From assembly GCA_036172245.1 (NCBI GenBank), contig JAYWIR010000002.1, positions 6,262,001-6,326,000 on the forward strand: 64,000 nt of DNA, read 5' to 3'. The notes under the pieces were generated by a model. It did not search any database. It saw only the letters and a list, made by a program, of their open reading frames with translations, and was not told where the DNA came from. This DNA comes from Raillietiella orientalis. Lineage: Eukaryota. Of this stretch, positions 61,701 through 64,000 are shown one piece after another (the first letter of the stretch is position 1; every line of letters starts with the position of its first letter). The translations under genes were made by a program, and so were the position numbers.

Positions 61701-62599
61701 AGAAATCTTTGCGCGGGAGGAAAGAGGCTGCTCGGCAAAGCGCTGCAGAGATTTCCTCCCAAATCGCTCTCTCCCCTGCACACGCAATCCCGGGAGAGCG
61801 GTGTGGGTCGAGCGTGGGTGAAACGATCGATCCGAAGTGCGGATGCTGCGTCGGGAGTGCTGGTAGCAAACCGAACCTTCTTGGTGATGCTTTCCTGTGT
61901 GCCCGCACGCTTACACTTTTCCGGCGGACGTCCAGGTTCGCCTGCACCTTGGCCCTCTTCAGGTGTGGTCCGCGCTCCAATTAACCTGCTTAGAGGTCGA
62001 AGAGATCCTCTGCGCCCCGCTGCCGGCGGCGTGAGCGGCTTGTCTGCTCTGCAGGAAGAAAGGCGCTTGACACGAATGTGCCCAGAGCTGACCTCCCTCC
62101 TTCCACGGATCGGTCCGCACTCACAGGGACTGCCCTCTCCGGTGGCGGAGCTCGTGTGGAACAGAGAGGGAGGGAAGGAGCGATATTAAACGAATGAGGA
62201 TATAAAAGAATAGTCGGACCGGTTCCTCGGTGCATGGCATGATTCCCAAGGACACGACTCGGGTAGGAGAGCGACGGTGGAGGCTGGGTGGATGGGCGGG
62301 TGGGAGGCGTGCGCTCGTCGGCAGCGGCCGCGATCACCCGAAAGCTGTACTGAACCTCGCCTCCCGGATTGTGGCCATCCTGTTCGGCTTCGCATGCAGG
62401 AGACGGCAGTCGCAAACGGCTTTCCGAGGCAATGGTCACGTCCCTCCTCTCGACGGCTGCCGGTGGCAGAGGGTCGTCAGCAAGGAGGCGAGCAGCAAAC
62501 TGGAAAAGAGATGCAGTCCTGCGGGGAGGCATCGACACTGCCCCGGTGGAGCCGCTTTCCTCCCTGGCCCAGTCTTTCCGCACCAGAAGCACGTGCTGA

Positions 62600-63880
62600 G
62601 AGGTGTCTTCCTCCCCCTCCTGTTTTCCCACATGAGGTGAACCCCTTTGGTCAGTCTCTCCGCTGTGCCGTGGCAAAGTTTCCTCGCTTCCGGAGACGGA
62701 CCAGCGCGCCGACAAGGCAGCAGCGTTCTGGATGAAAAGGGCATCGGCGTCCTCTAGGGAGGGCCGGTATCTCGAAGTTTCCAAGAAGGATGACGAGAAA
62801 CTTCGCCCACCGTCTGTGCGAGCTCAGAGTCAAATGTCGGTACCGACTTCGCGCCTGCACAAAGAGACGGTCATTCGTGACCGGAGGGCAAACAGGAAAG
62901 GGGACACTTTCTCGCGTCCCCACTGTGAACGGTCCTTGCACAAAAGGGCCAGCGCCTTGCTTCGGATCTGGGACCGAACTTGTACTGGTTCCCGCGGCCG
63001 ATCCTCGGCAGTGCCTCTGGTCCCCTCTAGCGACGAAGAAGCGAGAGGAGACCCACGGACGGGATCCCCGACTCCAAGGGGGTATGCTGGGAGGGGACCA
63101 TCCTACGCATTTGGTGGAGGGGAGTCCGTTTCTCTCACATTTGGGAGGGAACCCCGAAGGGGTTCGAATTCCTCCCCGGACCTGATTCGAATCCACGACG
63201 CTTGGCGCTTCCGCGGGCGGAGACCGCAGCCACACGGCCGCCAATGTTTCTTCGGCGGAATTTGCTCTGCGCGTTCCACCACACCGACCAAAGTTCCCAT
63301 CTGGGCCGGAGGACTCTCCCACCGGGGTTCCGCTGAGCAGGCGTCCGGGAGATCTCTCCTCCCATCCGTCTTACCAACTCCTGGAAGACTTCCCTCCTTT
63401 CTCCCCCCTTCCTCTTCCTGCGTTCCCCCCGCGTCCTAGAAGGGACGCAGCCGGCGGCAGCGTATCCAGAGATTTACTGCGAGCCGATCAGCTCGTTGCC
63501 TCGCGCGGGAAAGAAATGACCCTCCGAACGATGAAGTGAAAGTGGATGACGGCGTCTCCCGAGGCGGCGACGACAGCGCTCTCCTGGAAGGGAGAGCTCC
63601 CATCCAGGAGAAAGCCGAAGGAAAATTCTTCAAAACACTTTCGAGGAATTCGATTTCGCTTCCAGATTTGCTCCGAGACGACTCCGCGCTTTCTTAGTAG
63701 GGGCGTTAAGAGCCTTCCCCTATTAGGTTCCCGCAGGAGGAACATCTGTTTCTGGAAGAATGTCTCGCTGTCTTCGGATTCTGTGTACAAACCACTCGCG
63801 CTCCCTCCGTCTCCAGCCTCGCCCGTCTTCCGGCGCACAAAGCGACCGCTGAATCCTAATGAAACGGGGCTTTGATATCA
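62600..63880 (+). mobile_element. Decayed L1/Tx1 RT relic
   Basis: KETVIRDRRANRKGDTFSRP (cf. I....K.GD....WRP); LRIWDRTCTGSRGRSS (cf. Q.g...GRsi); LTFGREPRRGSNSSPDL (~63135-63185, cf. RGVRQGCPLSPLL); SKHFRGIRF (cf. KYLGI); CFWKNVSLS (cf. WK...LS). Confidence 0.55.
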
Positions 63881-64000
63881 CGTCAGCGAATGGAATCCGA
63901 ATTGCTTTCCATCGGCGCTTCCCTCTCCTCTTCCCTCTCCCTCCTTTCTTCCTTTGCTTTCCTCCCCTCCTTTTTTCTTTCCTTTTTTTTTGCTTTTCTC

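Noticed and set aside
1..64000. CRISPR array, rRNA, telomeric arrays, prokaryotic operons or defence systems
   Set aside because: None seen; the sequence is spliced eukaryotic DNA with no regularly spaced direct repeats.

Overview
Metazoan (probably invertebrate) genomic DNA with very short introns and sharp compositional compartments. Three conserved genes could be spliced by hand. (1) A DLK/LZK/wallenda-type MAP3K (MAP3K12/13 family, + strand, ~3208-5378, 5' end unresolved). (2) A FAM135 family gene (- strand, 19982-10619, ~975 aa, with a probable 6.1 kb GC-AG intron and a 24-nt microexon). (3) An RPRD1A/B (CREPT-type CID domain) gene (+ strand, 24346-25590, 345 aa), head-to-head with FAM135. 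Most long ORFs in the GC-rich parts are not real genes. Reading across frameshifts, much of 27.7-64 kb, and patches of 7-10 kb, looks like a graveyard of heavily decayed L1/Tx1-clade non-LTR retrotransposons, with endonuclease, RT and zf-RVT motifs in the correct order. The most unusual structure is a pair of inverted ~1.23 kb LINE 3'-end relics (47142-48372 and 58868-60098). They share all disabling mutations and are ~99% identical, yet fade into clearly diverged homology at both edges. A third, otherwise diverged relic between them carries a perfect 54-nt patch of the same sequence, and each arm ends in a perfect 22-bp hairpin bearing AATAAA on both strands. This suggests local homogenisation (gene conversion) and/or a long hairpin-RNA locus built from dead LINEs. 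All TE calls, identities and GC/CpG statements are by-eye and need computational confirmation.
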